DNA of 64,000 nt from Sporomusaceae bacterium (GTDB lineage Bacteria > Bacillota > Negativicutes > UBA1444). The stretch's first letter is position 1; each line of letters starts with the position of its first letter. Below are positions 1 through 9,267 of the stretch, piece by piece. The position numbers were made by a program, and so were the translations under genes. Below the pieces are notes generated by a model. That model ran no database searches. It saw only the letters and a list, made by a program, of their open reading frames with translations, and was not told the origin of the DNA. The stretch spans positions 73,164 through 137,163 of the forward strand of contig JAHDPL010000010.1 in assembly GCA_018434355.1 (NCBI GenBank), read 5' to 3'.

Positions 1-1
1 G

Positions 2-478
2 ATCGGCGCCGATAAAGTGGCGATGAATTCGGCGGCGGTGCGGACGCCGGAACTGATTCGGGATGCGGCTGAACTATTCGGCGACCAGTGCGTGGTGGTG
101 AGCGTGGATTATCGCTTGAATCAGGCCGGGCGGCGAACGGTCTGGATTGATTCGGCAACTCTCGATACCGGGCTGGATCCGTTGGAACACGTCAAACGAT
201 GTGTAGCGCTTGGCGCCGGAGAGATACTCTTGACCAGCATCGATCAGGAAGGTACACTGGAAGGCTATGACTTTGACTATCTGGACGAAGTCGCCCGGGC
301 TGTAAAGGTGCCGGTGATTGCTTCCGGCGGCGCCGGGCGGTTGGAAGATTTTTATCGGGCGCTGACGACAACCAAGGTATCGGCGGTGTCGGCCGCCAGC
401 ATTTTTCATTTTACCGACCAGAGTCCGATCAAGGCGCGGTTCTTTTTGTCGAACAGCGGCGTGAATGTGAGGGTGTAA
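2..478 (+). CDS. HisF-like imidazole glycerol phosphate synthase cyclase subunit homolog. Partial: the 5' end lies outside the window. Likely the cyclase partner of a sugar amidotransferase in the glycosylation island.
   Basis: Translation (AAVRTPELIRDAAELFGDQCVVVSVD...VPVIASGGAG) resembles the C-terminal half of HisF. The ORF runs off the 5' edge. Confidence 0.7.
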   Translation: MGADKVAMNSAAVRTPELIRDAAELFGDQCVVVSVDYRLNQAGRRTVWIDSATLDTGLDPLEHVKRCVALGAGEILLTSIDQEGTLEGYDFDYLDEVARAVKVPVIASGGAGRLEDFYRALTTTKVSAVSAASIFHFTDQSPIKARFFLSNSGVNVRV

Positions 479-482
479 GGCG

Positions 483-1010
483 ATGCTCGAAAGTGGACGA
501 CTATTGCTGCGACCGGTGGAACTGACAGATGCGAATGAAACCTACCGATCCTGGATGAATGATCCGGCGGTGATCCAGTATACGGAAAGCCGGTTTCAGA
601 CGCATTCGCTGGAGCAGATCCGGCAATATGTAGCGTCGGTGCAGGCGGATTCTGGAAGCCGATTCTTTGCGATTGTCGAAAAAGAATCAGGTAAACATAT
701 AGGGAATATAAAAATTGGCCATATCCATCCCGTGCATCGACATGCCGATGTCGGTATCATCATCGGTGACAAAGCAAGCTGGGGCAAGGGTTATGCTTCG
801 GAAAGCCTGCAACTGATCGCCTGGTATGCCCGGGAACAGTTACAACTTCGTAAGCTGACAGCTGGGATTTATGCCAACAACCTCAGTTCACTGCAGGCGT
901 TTTTAAAAGCAGGCTTTGTGCTGGAGGGGCGATTTGCCCAACATTGGTTCTGCGACGGCGAGTACGTTGACGGTTTGCAGATGGGATTGCTATTGGAGGA
1001 AACGTTATGA
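483..1010 (+). CDS. GNAT family N-acetyltransferase (RimJ/RimL-like).
   Basis: ATG with upstream stop. 175 aa. Acetyl-CoA binding motif region (VGIIIGDKASWGKGYASESL). Confidence 0.75.
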   Translation: MLESGRLLLRPVELTDANETYRSWMNDPAVIQYTESRFQTHSLEQIRQYVASVQADSGSRFFAIVEKESGKHIGNIKIGHIHPVHRHADVGIIIGDKASWGKGYASESLQLIAWYAREQLQLRKLTAGIYANNLSSLQAFLKAGFVLEGRFAQHWFCDGEYVDGLQMGLLLEETL

Positions 1011-2701
1011 TTCTGGCGATTATTCAGGCACGGATGGGCTCGTCCCGCTTGCCGGGCAAAGTTTTGCTCGACCTGGCGGGACGCCCTGTTTTGTGGCATG
1101 CTGTGTCGCGGGTACGGAAAGCCCGTCTTGTCGATCAGGTGTTGGTGGCGACGACGGATCAACCGTCTGATGAGCCGATCCGGCAGTTTTGCGCCGTGAA
1201 GGCAGTTCCTTGTTTTGGCGGCAATGAACAGGATGTGTTGGACCGGTTTGTTCAGGCAGCTCGCTTTGCCGGCGCCGCCGAAAGCGATGCGATTGTCAGG
1301 ATCACGGCGGACTGTCCGCTGATTGATCCGACTGTGATCGATCAGGTTGTTGCGGCCTATCGGCAAGTTGGCGCGGACTATGTTTCCAACGTACAGCCGC
1401 CGACATTCCCGGATGGACTGGATGTGGAAGTGTTTCGCTTTTCGGCCTTGCTGACGGCCTGGCGCGAGGCGAAACTGGTTTCTGAACGTGAGCACGTTAC
1501 ACCCTATCTGCGCAACCACCCGGAAAAATTTTCTGCGCACAATGTGACGCACGATACTGATCTGTCGGCACTGCGCTGGACGCTGGACGAACCGGCCGAT
1601 TACGCGCTGTTGCAGCGGCTTGTAGCAGAACTTGACCGTACCCGGCCGGATTTTCATCTGGCTGATGTGCTGCAGGTTTTGGCGGCGCATCCCGAGTGGC
1701 AGGAACTGAACCGGGATTTTCAACGCAATGAAGGCTATGTCAAATCGCTGCGGCAGGAGCAGGCGAGGCTTTGCCTGGGTACCGTGCAGTTTGGCCTGGC
1801 GTACGGGATCAACAACCGCGGCGGCAGGCCGGAACAGCAGCGGGTATTCGCCATCCTCGACCGGGCGTTGGCCGCGGGGATCGAAAGTCTGGATACGGCA
1901 GCGGCGTATGGTGAGGCGGAAAAAGTGCTCGGCGAATATATCTGTTCGCGGCAGGTTGCCGACCGGGTAAATGTCGTGTCTAAACTTCGGCCGGATTTTC
2001 TCGATAATACTTCTAAGAGAACTATTTCGCTTGCGCAGGCCCTGATGGAAGAAGTGCAGGCTTCGCTGGCACGACTGGGACTGACCCGACTGGATGGTTA
2101 TTTGCTGCACAGCGCCAGTTGCGAACAGCTGAACCATGCCGAACTCGGCGCGGCGCTGGCGGCGGTTCGCGAATCCGGCCTGGTACGCCAGGTTGGCGCT
2201 TCGCTGTATATGCCGGAACAGGCGATGACGGCGCTGCAGACCGGCTGGGTTGACGCAGTGCAGGTTCCGTATAATATACTGGACCGACGCCTTGATCAGG
2301 CCGGATTTTTTGACCGGAATAGCCGGCGGCCCCGTCCGCTTAATGTTTACGTCCGCAGCTTGTTGCTGCAGGGGCTGCTGATGATGTCGGAACAAGAACT
2401 TCCGCCGCATTTGGCGGGGATGGCGCCGCATCTGCGGGAACTGGATCAATGGTTGGCCGGACAGGGGATTGACCGGTTGACGGCGGCATTTGGCTTTGCA
2501 AGCAGCCGGCCTGGTGTGGACGCCGTGGTGGTTGGCGTCGATTCGCTGGAACAATTGGAATTATACCTGGCGCTGTCGGCACGGATCGGCGATTTTTCGG
2601 CAATTCTGTCGGAAGGATTGCAGCGTTTTGGCGAAATTGAGCCGCGGCTATTGTCCCCCAATCTATGGGAGGCGCTGCGGCAGGAAAAGAGGGATGAATA
2701 G
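1007..2701 (+). CDS. Fusion protein: N-terminal CTP_transf_3 cytidylyltransferase (SpsF/NeuA-like) joined to a C-terminal aldo/keto reductase.
   Basis: ATGA start/stop overlap with the upstream gene. N-terminus MILAIIQARMGSSRLPGKVL is typical of acylneuraminate/SpsF cytidylyltransferases. The C-terminal ~320 aa (LCLGTVQFGLAYG...LDTAAAYGEAEKVLG) is AKR-like. Confidence 0.75.
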   Translation: MILAIIQARMGSSRLPGKVLLDLAGRPVLWHAVSRVRKARLVDQVLVATTDQPSDEPIRQFCAVKAVPCFGGNEQDVLDRFVQAARFAGAAESDAIVRITADCPLIDPTVIDQVVAAYRQVGADYVSNVQPPTFPDGLDVEVFRFSALLTAWREAKLVSEREHVTPYLRNHPEKFSAHNVTHDTDLSALRWTLDEPADYALLQRLVAELDRTRPDFHLADVLQVLAAHPEWQELNRDFQRNEGYVKSLRQEQARLCLGTVQFGLAYGINNRGGRPEQQRVFAILDRALAAGIESLDTAAAYGEAEKVLGEYICSRQVADRVNVVSKLRPDFLDNTSKRTISLAQALMEEVQASLARLGLTRLDGYLLHSASCEQLNHAELGAALAAVRESGLVRQVGASLYMPEQAMTALQTGWVDAVQVPYNILDRRLDQAGFFDRNSRRPRPLNVYVRSLLLQGLLMMSEQELPPHLAGMAPHLRELDQWLAGQGIDRLTAAFGFASSRPGVDAVVVGVDSLEQLELYLALSARIGDFSAILSEGLQRFGEIEPRLLSPNLWEALRQEKRDE

Positions 2702-2702
2702 G

Positions 2703-4001
2703 ATGGCCAAGCAATACACGAAAAGCCAGGCATTGCTCGCACGGGCCCGCAAGGTGACTCCGCTGGGGTCCCAGACCTATAGCAAGAGCGTCCGCTATTT
2801 TTGTGAAGGGGCGGCGCCGGCGTTTTTGGACCGGGGACAGGGCAGCCATGTCTGGGATGTTGACGGCAACGAATTTGTCGATTTCATGTGTGCGCTGGGA
2901 CCGGTGACGGTCGGCTATAACGATCCGCAGGTGAATGCAGCGGTGATGGCGCAGCTGCAAAAAGGCATTTCTTTTTCGATGGCTACCGAGCTGGAAGTGG
3001 AGCTAGCGGAAGCGTTGACCCGGATTGTTCCCTGCGCGGAGATGGTGCGTTTTGTCAAGAATGGTTCGGACGCCACGTCTTCGGCGATCCGTCTGGCCCG
3101 GGCGTTCACCGGACGCGACTTGGTGGCGGTGTGCGGCTATCACGGCATGCAGGACTGGTATATCGGTTCGACGACCAACCGCCGCGGCATTCCAACCGAT
3201 GTGTGCGCGTTGACCAAGACATTTGTCTACAACGACCCGGACAGCTTGCAACAATTGCTGGCCGAGTATCCGGACCAGTTTGCTGCTGTCATTCTGGAGC
3301 CGATTCAGGCCGATGGCCCTGCGGCGGGATATCTGGAAGCCTTGCGTGAACTGACGCAGGCCGCCGGCGCACTGCTGATTTTTGACGAAGTGGTGTCGGG
3401 GTTCCGCTATGCTCTCGGCGGCGCCTCTGAACTGTATAAAGTGACGCCGGATATGGCGGCGTTTGGCAAGGGGATGGGCAACGGCCTGCCGATTTCGGCG
3501 GTGGCCGGCCGGGCTGATGTGATGGAACTGATCGGCACCCAGGGAGTATTCATTTCGACCACTTTTGGCGGCGAAACCCTGTCGATGGCTGGTTCGATGG
3601 CTACGCTGTCCATTCTGGCCCAGCCGGGGATCTATCCGCGCATCTGGGCGCTGGGCGAGCGCATGCTGTCCGGCGTGCGGGCCGCCATTGCCAAACATGG
3701 CGTCGGCGAGGTCGTGAAAGTCAGCGGACTGGCGCCGCATGGCGGGGTCGGCTTCGAAGGCAAAGGCAGTCTCGATTATCTGGATATCATGTCGGTTTAC
3801 CAGCAGCGGATGGTGGAACAGGGCATCCTGACCACCGGGATCAATAACATCAGTGTGGCGCATAGCGAAGCCGATATCGACCAATTTGTCGCCGCCGCCG
3901 ATGCCGCGTTCGCCGATATCCGCCGCGCGCTCGACGCCGACTCGCTGGACGGGATTCTGCTGGCCTGCAAGGTGAATCCGATCTTTAAGAGGAACAAATG
4001 A
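2703..4001 (+). CDS. Class III PLP aminotransferase (glutamate-1-semialdehyde 2,1-aminomutase-like).
   Basis: ATG at 2703 with RBS aagaggga. 432 aa. GSA-AT-like motifs (GSDATSSAIRLARAFTGR, FDEVVSGFRY). Confidence 0.8.
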   Translation: MAKQYTKSQALLARARKVTPLGSQTYSKSVRYFCEGAAPAFLDRGQGSHVWDVDGNEFVDFMCALGPVTVGYNDPQVNAAVMAQLQKGISFSMATELEVELAEALTRIVPCAEMVRFVKNGSDATSSAIRLARAFTGRDLVAVCGYHGMQDWYIGSTTNRRGIPTDVCALTKTFVYNDPDSLQQLLAEYPDQFAAVILEPIQADGPAAGYLEALRELTQAAGALLIFDEVVSGFRYALGGASELYKVTPDMAAFGKGMGNGLPISAVAGRADVMELIGTQGVFISTTFGGETLSMAGSMATLSILAQPGIYPRIWALGERMLSGVRAAIAKHGVGEVVKVSGLAPHGGVGFEGKGSLDYLDIMSVYQQRMVEQGILTTGINNISVAHSEADIDQFVAAADAAFADIRRALDADSLDGILLACKVNPIFKRNK

Positions 4002-5050
4002 TGCCAAATGAGAATGCCATTGATAAATTGGGGCCTGTCCCCAATTTAAAATGTTATTTAATTGCCGAGATGTCGGCCAATCATGCCGGTGATCTGTCGC
4101 GGGCGCTGGAAATCGTGCACGCGGCGAAAGAAGCCGGCGCCGATTGCATCAAAACCCAGACCTATACGGCGGATACCTTAACGATCGATTGCGCCAACGA
4201 TTATTTCTCGATCCACGAGGGCCCCTGGAAAGGCAGAACCCTCTATGATTTGTATCGGGAGGCGCATACGCCCTGGGACTGGCTGGCCCGGATCAAGGAA
4301 GAGGCTGACAAAGTCGGACTGGACTACCTGTCAACGCCATTTGACCGGACGGCAGTCGATTTTTTGGCCGACCTGGGGGTCAGTTCCTATAAGGTGGCTT
4401 CGTTTGAACTGAATGACTTGCCACTGCTGCGTTATATTGCGGCCCAGGGCAAACCGGTCATCGCGTCGACCGGCATGGCTTCGCTCGGTGAGATCGAAAG
4501 GGCGGTGCGGACGGTACGTGAAGCCGGCAATCCGGACTTGTGTCTGCTCAAGTGTTCCAGCGCCTATCCGGCCCCGCCTGACGACATGAATCTGCGCACG
4601 ATTCCGCACTTGGCCGAGACATTCGGCGTGGCGGTCGGGCTGTCGGATCACACGCTGGGATCAGCGGCGGCGGTGGCAGCAGTGGTGCTGGGCGCCTGCG
4701 TAATTGAAAAGCATTTTTGTCTCAGTCGCTCCATTCCAAACCCGGATGCGGCATTTTCGATGGAACCGGCCGAGTTCCGCCAGATGCACGATGATATCCG
4801 GGCGGTGGAACGGGCGATGGGCAAAGTGCAGTACGGGGTGTCCGCTGCCGAAGAGGGAAGCGCCGCGTTCCGGCGTTCCTTGTTTATCGTGCAGGACATG
4901 AAAGCCGGCGAGGCATTTACAGCGGAAAACTTGCGCAGTATCCGGCCAGGTTATGGACTGGCGCCGCGGCATTACGACGCAGTGATCGGCCGCCGGGCGG
5001 CCGGCGATATCTGCCGGGGAACGCCACTGGCCTGGAATCTGATTCGTTAA
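3998..5050 (+). CDS. NeuB/PseI/LegI family nonulosonic acid synthase.
   Basis: ATGA overlap with the upstream gene. Conserved IAEMSANHAGD...AGADCIKTQTY block and a C-terminal SAF-like domain. 350 aa. Confidence 0.85.
   Translation: MMPNENAIDKLGPVPNLKCYLIAEMSANHAGDLSRALEIVHAAKEAGADCIKTQTYTADTLTIDCANDYFSIHEGPWKGRTLYDLYREAHTPWDWLARIKEEADKVGLDYLSTPFDRTAVDFLADLGVSSYKVASFELNDLPLLRYIAAQGKPVIASTGMASLGEIERAVRTVREAGNPDLCLLKCSSAYPAPPDDMNLRTIPHLAETFGVAVGLSDHTLGSAAAVAAVVLGACVIEKHFCLSRSIPNPDAAFSMEPAEFRQMHDDIRAVERAMGKVQYGVSAAEEGSAAFRRSLFIVQDMKAGEAFTAENLRSIRPGYGLAPRHYDAVIGRRAAGDICRGTPLAWNLIR
4025..4047. repeat. Palindrome AAATTGGGGCCTGTCCCCAATTT, copy 1 of a two-copy element (core AATTGGGGmCTGTCCCCAATT).
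   Basis: Perfect 9-bp arms with a 5-nt spacer. 20 of 21 positions identical to the copy at 34945-34965. Lies about 25 nt downstream of an ATGA gene junction. Confidence 0.8.
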
Positions 5051-5068
5051 CAGTGAGGAGGACTGGGG

Positions 5069-5863
5069 ATGTATCGTAGCCAGCCGCAAAAAATCGTCGC
5101 CACCATCGAGGCCCGCATGACGTCTTCCCGCCTGCCCGGCAAAGTGTTGCTGGATCTAGCGGGCAAACCGGCGCTGCAGCAACTGGTGGAACGGTTGCGC
5201 CGCAGCCGCTACCTGGATGAAGTCGTGGTAGCGACCACGGATCGGTCGACCGATGATCCGGTGGCAGAAATGTGCCACCAGATTGCCTGTCCGGTGTTTC
5301 GCGGCAGTGAAGACGATGTGTTGGCGCGGGTCCTGGGCGCCGCCAATTCGGTATCTGGCGATTTGATCGTCGAAATCACCGGCGATTGCCCGGCGGTTGA
5401 TTGGCGTCATGTGGATCTGCTGATCGAAACATTTTTTGCCGGTCAGTACGATTATGTCGCTAATGTGGCCGGACCACGTCCTTATCCGGTGGGATTCGAA
5501 GTGCAGGTTTTCCCCACGGCGGTGCTGGCGGAAGTGGACCAATTGACCCAGAATCCGGTCGACCATGAACATGTGTCGCTTTACATTTATTCGCACCCGG
5601 AGCGATACCGGATTCACTATGTGGAGGCCGGTCCCGAGCTATATCAACCGGATCTGGAAGTCACTCTGGACACGCCGGAAGATTACCAGTTGATCCAGGC
5701 GGTCTTCCTCGCTTTGTTGCCGGATAAGCCGGATTTCTCTGCGCTCGACGTGGTGGATTTGTTGCGGCAGCAACCGGAACTGCTGGCGTTGACCCGGGAA
5801 GTCAAACGCAAATACGCCGAAGATGCGTTGGCGGAAAGGCAGCAGTCCGATGGCGGCGCATAA
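5069..5863 (+). CDS. CTP_transf_3 cytidylyltransferase (CMP-nonulosonic acid synthetase-like). Paralog of the N-terminal domain of the 1007..2701 gene.
   Basis: IVATIEARMTSSRLPGKVLLDLAGKPAL is almost collinear with the N-terminus of the fusion protein. RBS gaggagg. Confidence 0.75.
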   Translation: MYRSQPQKIVATIEARMTSSRLPGKVLLDLAGKPALQQLVERLRRSRYLDEVVVATTDRSTDDPVAEMCHQIACPVFRGSEDDVLARVLGAANSVSGDLIVEITGDCPAVDWRHVDLLIETFFAGQYDYVANVAGPRPYPVGFEVQVFPTAVLAEVDQLTQNPVDHEHVSLYIYSHPERYRIHYVEAGPELYQPDLEVTLDTPEDYQLIQAVFLALLPDKPDFSALDVVDLLRQQPELLALTREVKRKYAEDALAERQQSDGGA

Positions 5864-6833
5864 ACCCTTGCGGGCATTGATCATCGGCGCCGGTAAAATC
5901 GCTGCCGGTTATGATGCGCCGGACTCCAAAGAAATTTTGACCCACGCACATGGGTTTAAGGCTGTGCCGGGATTTTCACTGATCGGTTTTGTTGACCGAG
6001 ATCTGGCGCAGGCGGAGCAGGCGGCGGCGAAATGGGGCGGCAAAGCGTACGAGGATATACAGGCAGCCTTTGCAGACGGCCCAGTTGATGTGGTGAGTGT
6101 AGCGACGCCGGATGAAACTCATGCAGCAGTGCTGAAAGAACTGGCGGCGTATTCGCCCCGACTGGTTTTCTGTGAAAAACCGCTGGCGCTCAGTTGGATG
6201 GACGCTCAGGCGATCCATGAACTGTATCGTCATTTACCAACAAAAATTCAGGTCAATTATCTGCGCCGTTTTGTACCGGAGTTCCGGGCTGTGAAACAAG
6301 CGATCACCGCAGGCGATTACGGTCGGTTTCTCAGCGGGGCGGGCTTTTATGTCAAAGGTTTTTTGCATAACGGTTCCCACATGGTCGATTTGCTGCAGTA
6401 CTGGCTGGGCGAGGCGGCAGACATTCAGAAACTGGTTGGTGGAAAATCAGACGCCGTTCAACATGAGAAAGAAAACCATGTTGCCGATGCCGAGCAATCG
6501 GTATTGCTGACTTTTGCTGATGGCGGTCTGTTCACGATCCAGTCGCTTGCCGGCAATCCTTATTGGATTTTTGAACTGGATCTGTTGTTTGAACAGAAGC
6601 GGCTGCGGATTTTGGACTCCGGATTGGCGATGCAGGAATATACACTGGGCGAGAATCCGGTTTTTCCCGGCACGCTGGAAATGCAGCCGCAACCGATATA
6701 CACCACTGGACTTGACCGGGCGATGCAGTATGCGATGGAGAATATCCGTGATCACCTGATTTTGGGCGAACCGCTGCTCTGTCCTCTGGGCGAGGCGTTG
6801 GCGACATTGAAAACGGGGTTGTTGCATTCATGA
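5850..6833 (+). CDS. Gfo/Idh/MocA family NAD-dependent oxidoreductase (WbpB-like sugar dehydrogenase candidate).
   Basis: LRALIIGAGKIAAGY Rossmann N-terminus. 327 aa from the ATG at 5850 (alternative ATG at 5823). Confidence 0.7.
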   Translation: MAAHKPLRALIIGAGKIAAGYDAPDSKEILTHAHGFKAVPGFSLIGFVDRDLAQAEQAAAKWGGKAYEDIQAAFADGPVDVVSVATPDETHAAVLKELAAYSPRLVFCEKPLALSWMDAQAIHELYRHLPTKIQVNYLRRFVPEFRAVKQAITAGDYGRFLSGAGFYVKGFLHNGSHMVDLLQYWLGEAADIQKLVGGKSDAVQHEKENHVADAEQSVLLTFADGGLFTIQSLAGNPYWIFELDLLFEQKRLRILDSGLAMQEYTLGENPVFPGTLEMQPQPIYTTGLDRAMQYAMENIRDHLILGEPLLCPLGEALATLKTGLLHS

Positions 6834-7963
6834 AAGTACTGCTGTTTGCCCGCGATCCCGGCGGCGCCAATGCCGTTGTACCGCTGGCGCCGTGCCTCGC
6901 CGAACGGGGCCATCAAGTTTTGTTATATGGGAAAGACGCTGCCCTGAAACAGTATCTGGCTTATGGGCAGGCAGGACTGGACCTGGCGGCGGCAGCGTCG
7001 GAGATGTCGGTCGATTCTTATGCCGGATTCCTCAAGCGACTGGCGCCCGATTTTCTGATCACCGCCACCGGCTCGGATGATTTCGCCGAGAAACTATTGT
7101 GGCAGGCAGCCGAACGTTTGGCGATCCCCAGTTTTGCGATCCTCGACCATTGGTTCAACTACGGTATCCGCTTCTCGCCTTACAAACTGGTGGAGCAGGA
7201 ACTGTATGAACAGGATAAGCGGCATCCGTTTTTGCCGAGCCGGATTCTGGTAATGGATGATGAGGTCCGGGCAGCAATGATACAGGAAGGATTTGCCCCG
7301 GAACGTATCCTGGTTTCCGGTCAGCCGCACTTTGATAGTCTCAGGCAGCAGGCAAAACGGTTTGCGGCTGAAGACAACAGGCAATATCGTAGCCGGCTTG
7401 GCATCGCTGAAACCGATTTTTTGCTCTGTTTTATCTCGGAGAATATCACCGAACCGGATAAAGGCGATGACCTCGGCCAATATTATTGGGGCTATACCGA
7501 ACGGTCAGTGTTCAGTGAATTGATGGACGCCCTGCAGACAACGGCTGCGGGAAGTGGACGCAAAGTGCATGTGGTGGTCAAACCGCACCCGAATGAAACG
7601 TTTGACGCCTACTCCGACCTGATCGCGGCGAAAACTGGCGGCCTGGTAAGCGCCAGCATCGATAAAGCAGTGCATCCGGTCAAACTGTGTCAGGCAGTGG
7701 ATCTGGTTTGCGGCATGTCGTCGATGGTGCTGGTGGAAGCAGTGATCTTGGGGTTGCCGGTGCTCAGCGTGCAAATCGGCCTGCGGCGTGACAATCCGTT
7801 TATTCTGGATAAAAAAGGTGTAGTTCGCTCGATTTTGCAGCGGCGTGAGTTGCAGGACAGGATGACGGGATATTTGACAGGGATGAGTTTGGAACCCGCA
7901 AAGTTCGGTGTGCCGACCGGTGCGGCGGAGCGGATTATCAAATGGATGGAGGAATGGCGATGA
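6830..7963 (+). CDS. GT-B fold protein with a MurG/PseG-like C-terminal motif. Function unassigned.
   Basis: ATGA overlap with the upstream gene. C-terminal AVDLVCGMSSMVLVEAVILGLPVL resembles the nucleotide-sugar binding region of MurG/PseG-type enzymes. Confidence 0.4.
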   Translation: MKVLLFARDPGGANAVVPLAPCLAERGHQVLLYGKDAALKQYLAYGQAGLDLAAAASEMSVDSYAGFLKRLAPDFLITATGSDDFAEKLLWQAAERLAIPSFAILDHWFNYGIRFSPYKLVEQELYEQDKRHPFLPSRILVMDDEVRAAMIQEGFAPERILVSGQPHFDSLRQQAKRFAAEDNRQYRSRLGIAETDFLLCFISENITEPDKGDDLGQYYWGYTERSVFSELMDALQTTAAGSGRKVHVVVKPHPNETFDAYSDLIAAKTGGLVSASIDKAVHPVKLCQAVDLVCGMSSMVLVEAVILGLPVLSVQIGLRRDNPFILDKKGVVRSILQRRELQDRMTGYLTGMSLEPAKFGVPTGAAERIIKWMEEWR

Positions 7964-9267
7964 GTAAGTTGGCGCTGCTGGGTGGAAATAAGGTTCGTCC
8001 GGAGCTGTTCCCCGGCTATAAAGTCATTGGCGCGGAAGAAAAGGCGGCTGTCGACCGGGTGATCGAATCCGGCGTATTGTCGCGGTTCCTCGGCTGCTGG
8101 CATGAAGATTTTTATGGTGGCCCCGAAGTACAGGCGTTGGAAGCGGAATGGGCCGCATATTTTGGCGTGAAGCATGCCGTATCCGTCAATTCGGCAACCT
8201 CCGGCCTGTATTGCGCCGTCGGCGCCACCGGCGCCGGACCGGGCGATGAAATCATCGTTTCTCCCTACACGATGGCTGCTTCGGCGACTGCCGCCCTGGC
8301 CTACAATGCGGTGCCGGTGTTCGCCGATATCGAACCGGATTGTTTTTGCCTGTCGGCGGAATCGGTGGCGCAAAAGATTACCGAACGGACCAAAGCGATT
8401 TTGGTGGTCGATATCTTTGGACAACCCTATGATGTCGATGGCATCAACGCACTGGCGAAAAAACATGGACTGATGGTGATTGAAGATGCGGCGCAGGCGC
8501 CGGGGGCCACGTTCCGCGGCAAATTCGCCGGTGCACTGGGGGATATCGGCGTATATTCGCTGAATTATCACAAACACATTCATAGCGGTGAAGGCGGCAT
8601 CGTCGTGACCGACGATGCCCTGCTGGCCGAAAAGGTCCGTCTGATCCGCAACCATGCCGAAGTGGTGGTCGGGGCGAAGGGCTTCACCGATCTGGTGAAC
8701 ATGATCGGCTTCAACCTGCGGATGACCGAACTGGAGGCTGCGGTAGCACGCGAGCAGTTGAAAAAGCTGTCGGGTTTGCTCAAACAGCGCCAGGCAAATG
8801 TGACCTACCTCAATGAACAGTTGCGCCAGATCCCTTGCCTGACCATGCCGAAGGTGCGGCCGGGAGCGGAACATGCTTCCTATGTGCATGCAATCAAATT
8901 TGATGCGGCGGTGGCCGGAGTTGACCGCAACCGGTTCATCGAGGCGGTCAAGGCCGAACTGTCGCCCAGCATGCTGCGCGAACGGGAAGGGGTAAATATG
9001 GGTTGCGGTTATGTAAAACCGATATATTTGGAACCGATTTATCAGAACCTGATCGGCTACGGCGACAAGGGCTGTCCATTCAAGTGCCCCTGGTACAAGG
9101 GAGAACTGAATTACGGCAAAGGACTCTGCCCGACGACCGAACGGATGCATTACGATGAATTGTTCACGCATGAGCTGATGCGGCCGCCGATGAGCAAACA
9201 GGATCTCGACGACGTGGTGGCGGCCTTTGTAAAAGTGTGGCAGAACCGGCAGGAGTTGAAGGCATGA
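7960..9267 (+). CDS. DegT/DnrJ/EryC1/StrS family PLP-dependent sugar aminotransferase.
   Basis: ATG at 7960, 9 nt after GGAGG. Overlaps the upstream stop. 435 aa. Typical DegT layout. Confidence 0.8.
   Translation: MSKLALLGGNKVRPELFPGYKVIGAEEKAAVDRVIESGVLSRFLGCWHEDFYGGPEVQALEAEWAAYFGVKHAVSVNSATSGLYCAVGATGAGPGDEIIVSPYTMAASATAALAYNAVPVFADIEPDCFCLSAESVAQKITERTKAILVVDIFGQPYDVDGINALAKKHGLMVIEDAAQAPGATFRGKFAGALGDIGVYSLNYHKHIHSGEGGIVVTDDALLAEKVRLIRNHAEVVVGAKGFTDLVNMIGFNLRMTELEAAVAREQLKKLSGLLKQRQANVTYLNEQLRQIPCLTMPKVRPGAEHASYVHAIKFDAAVAGVDRNRFIEAVKAELSPSMLREREGVNMGCGYVKPIYLEPIYQNLIGYGDKGCPFKCPWYKGELNYGKGLCPTTERMHYDELFTHELMRPPMSKQDLDDVVAAFVKVWQNRQELKA

Noticed and set aside
869-2554. 561-aa minus-strand ORF antisense to the cytidylyltransferase-AKR gene.
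   Set aside because: Arg/Gln/Pro-rich low-complexity translation typical of antisense frames in high-GC DNA. The plus-strand gene has clear domain homology.
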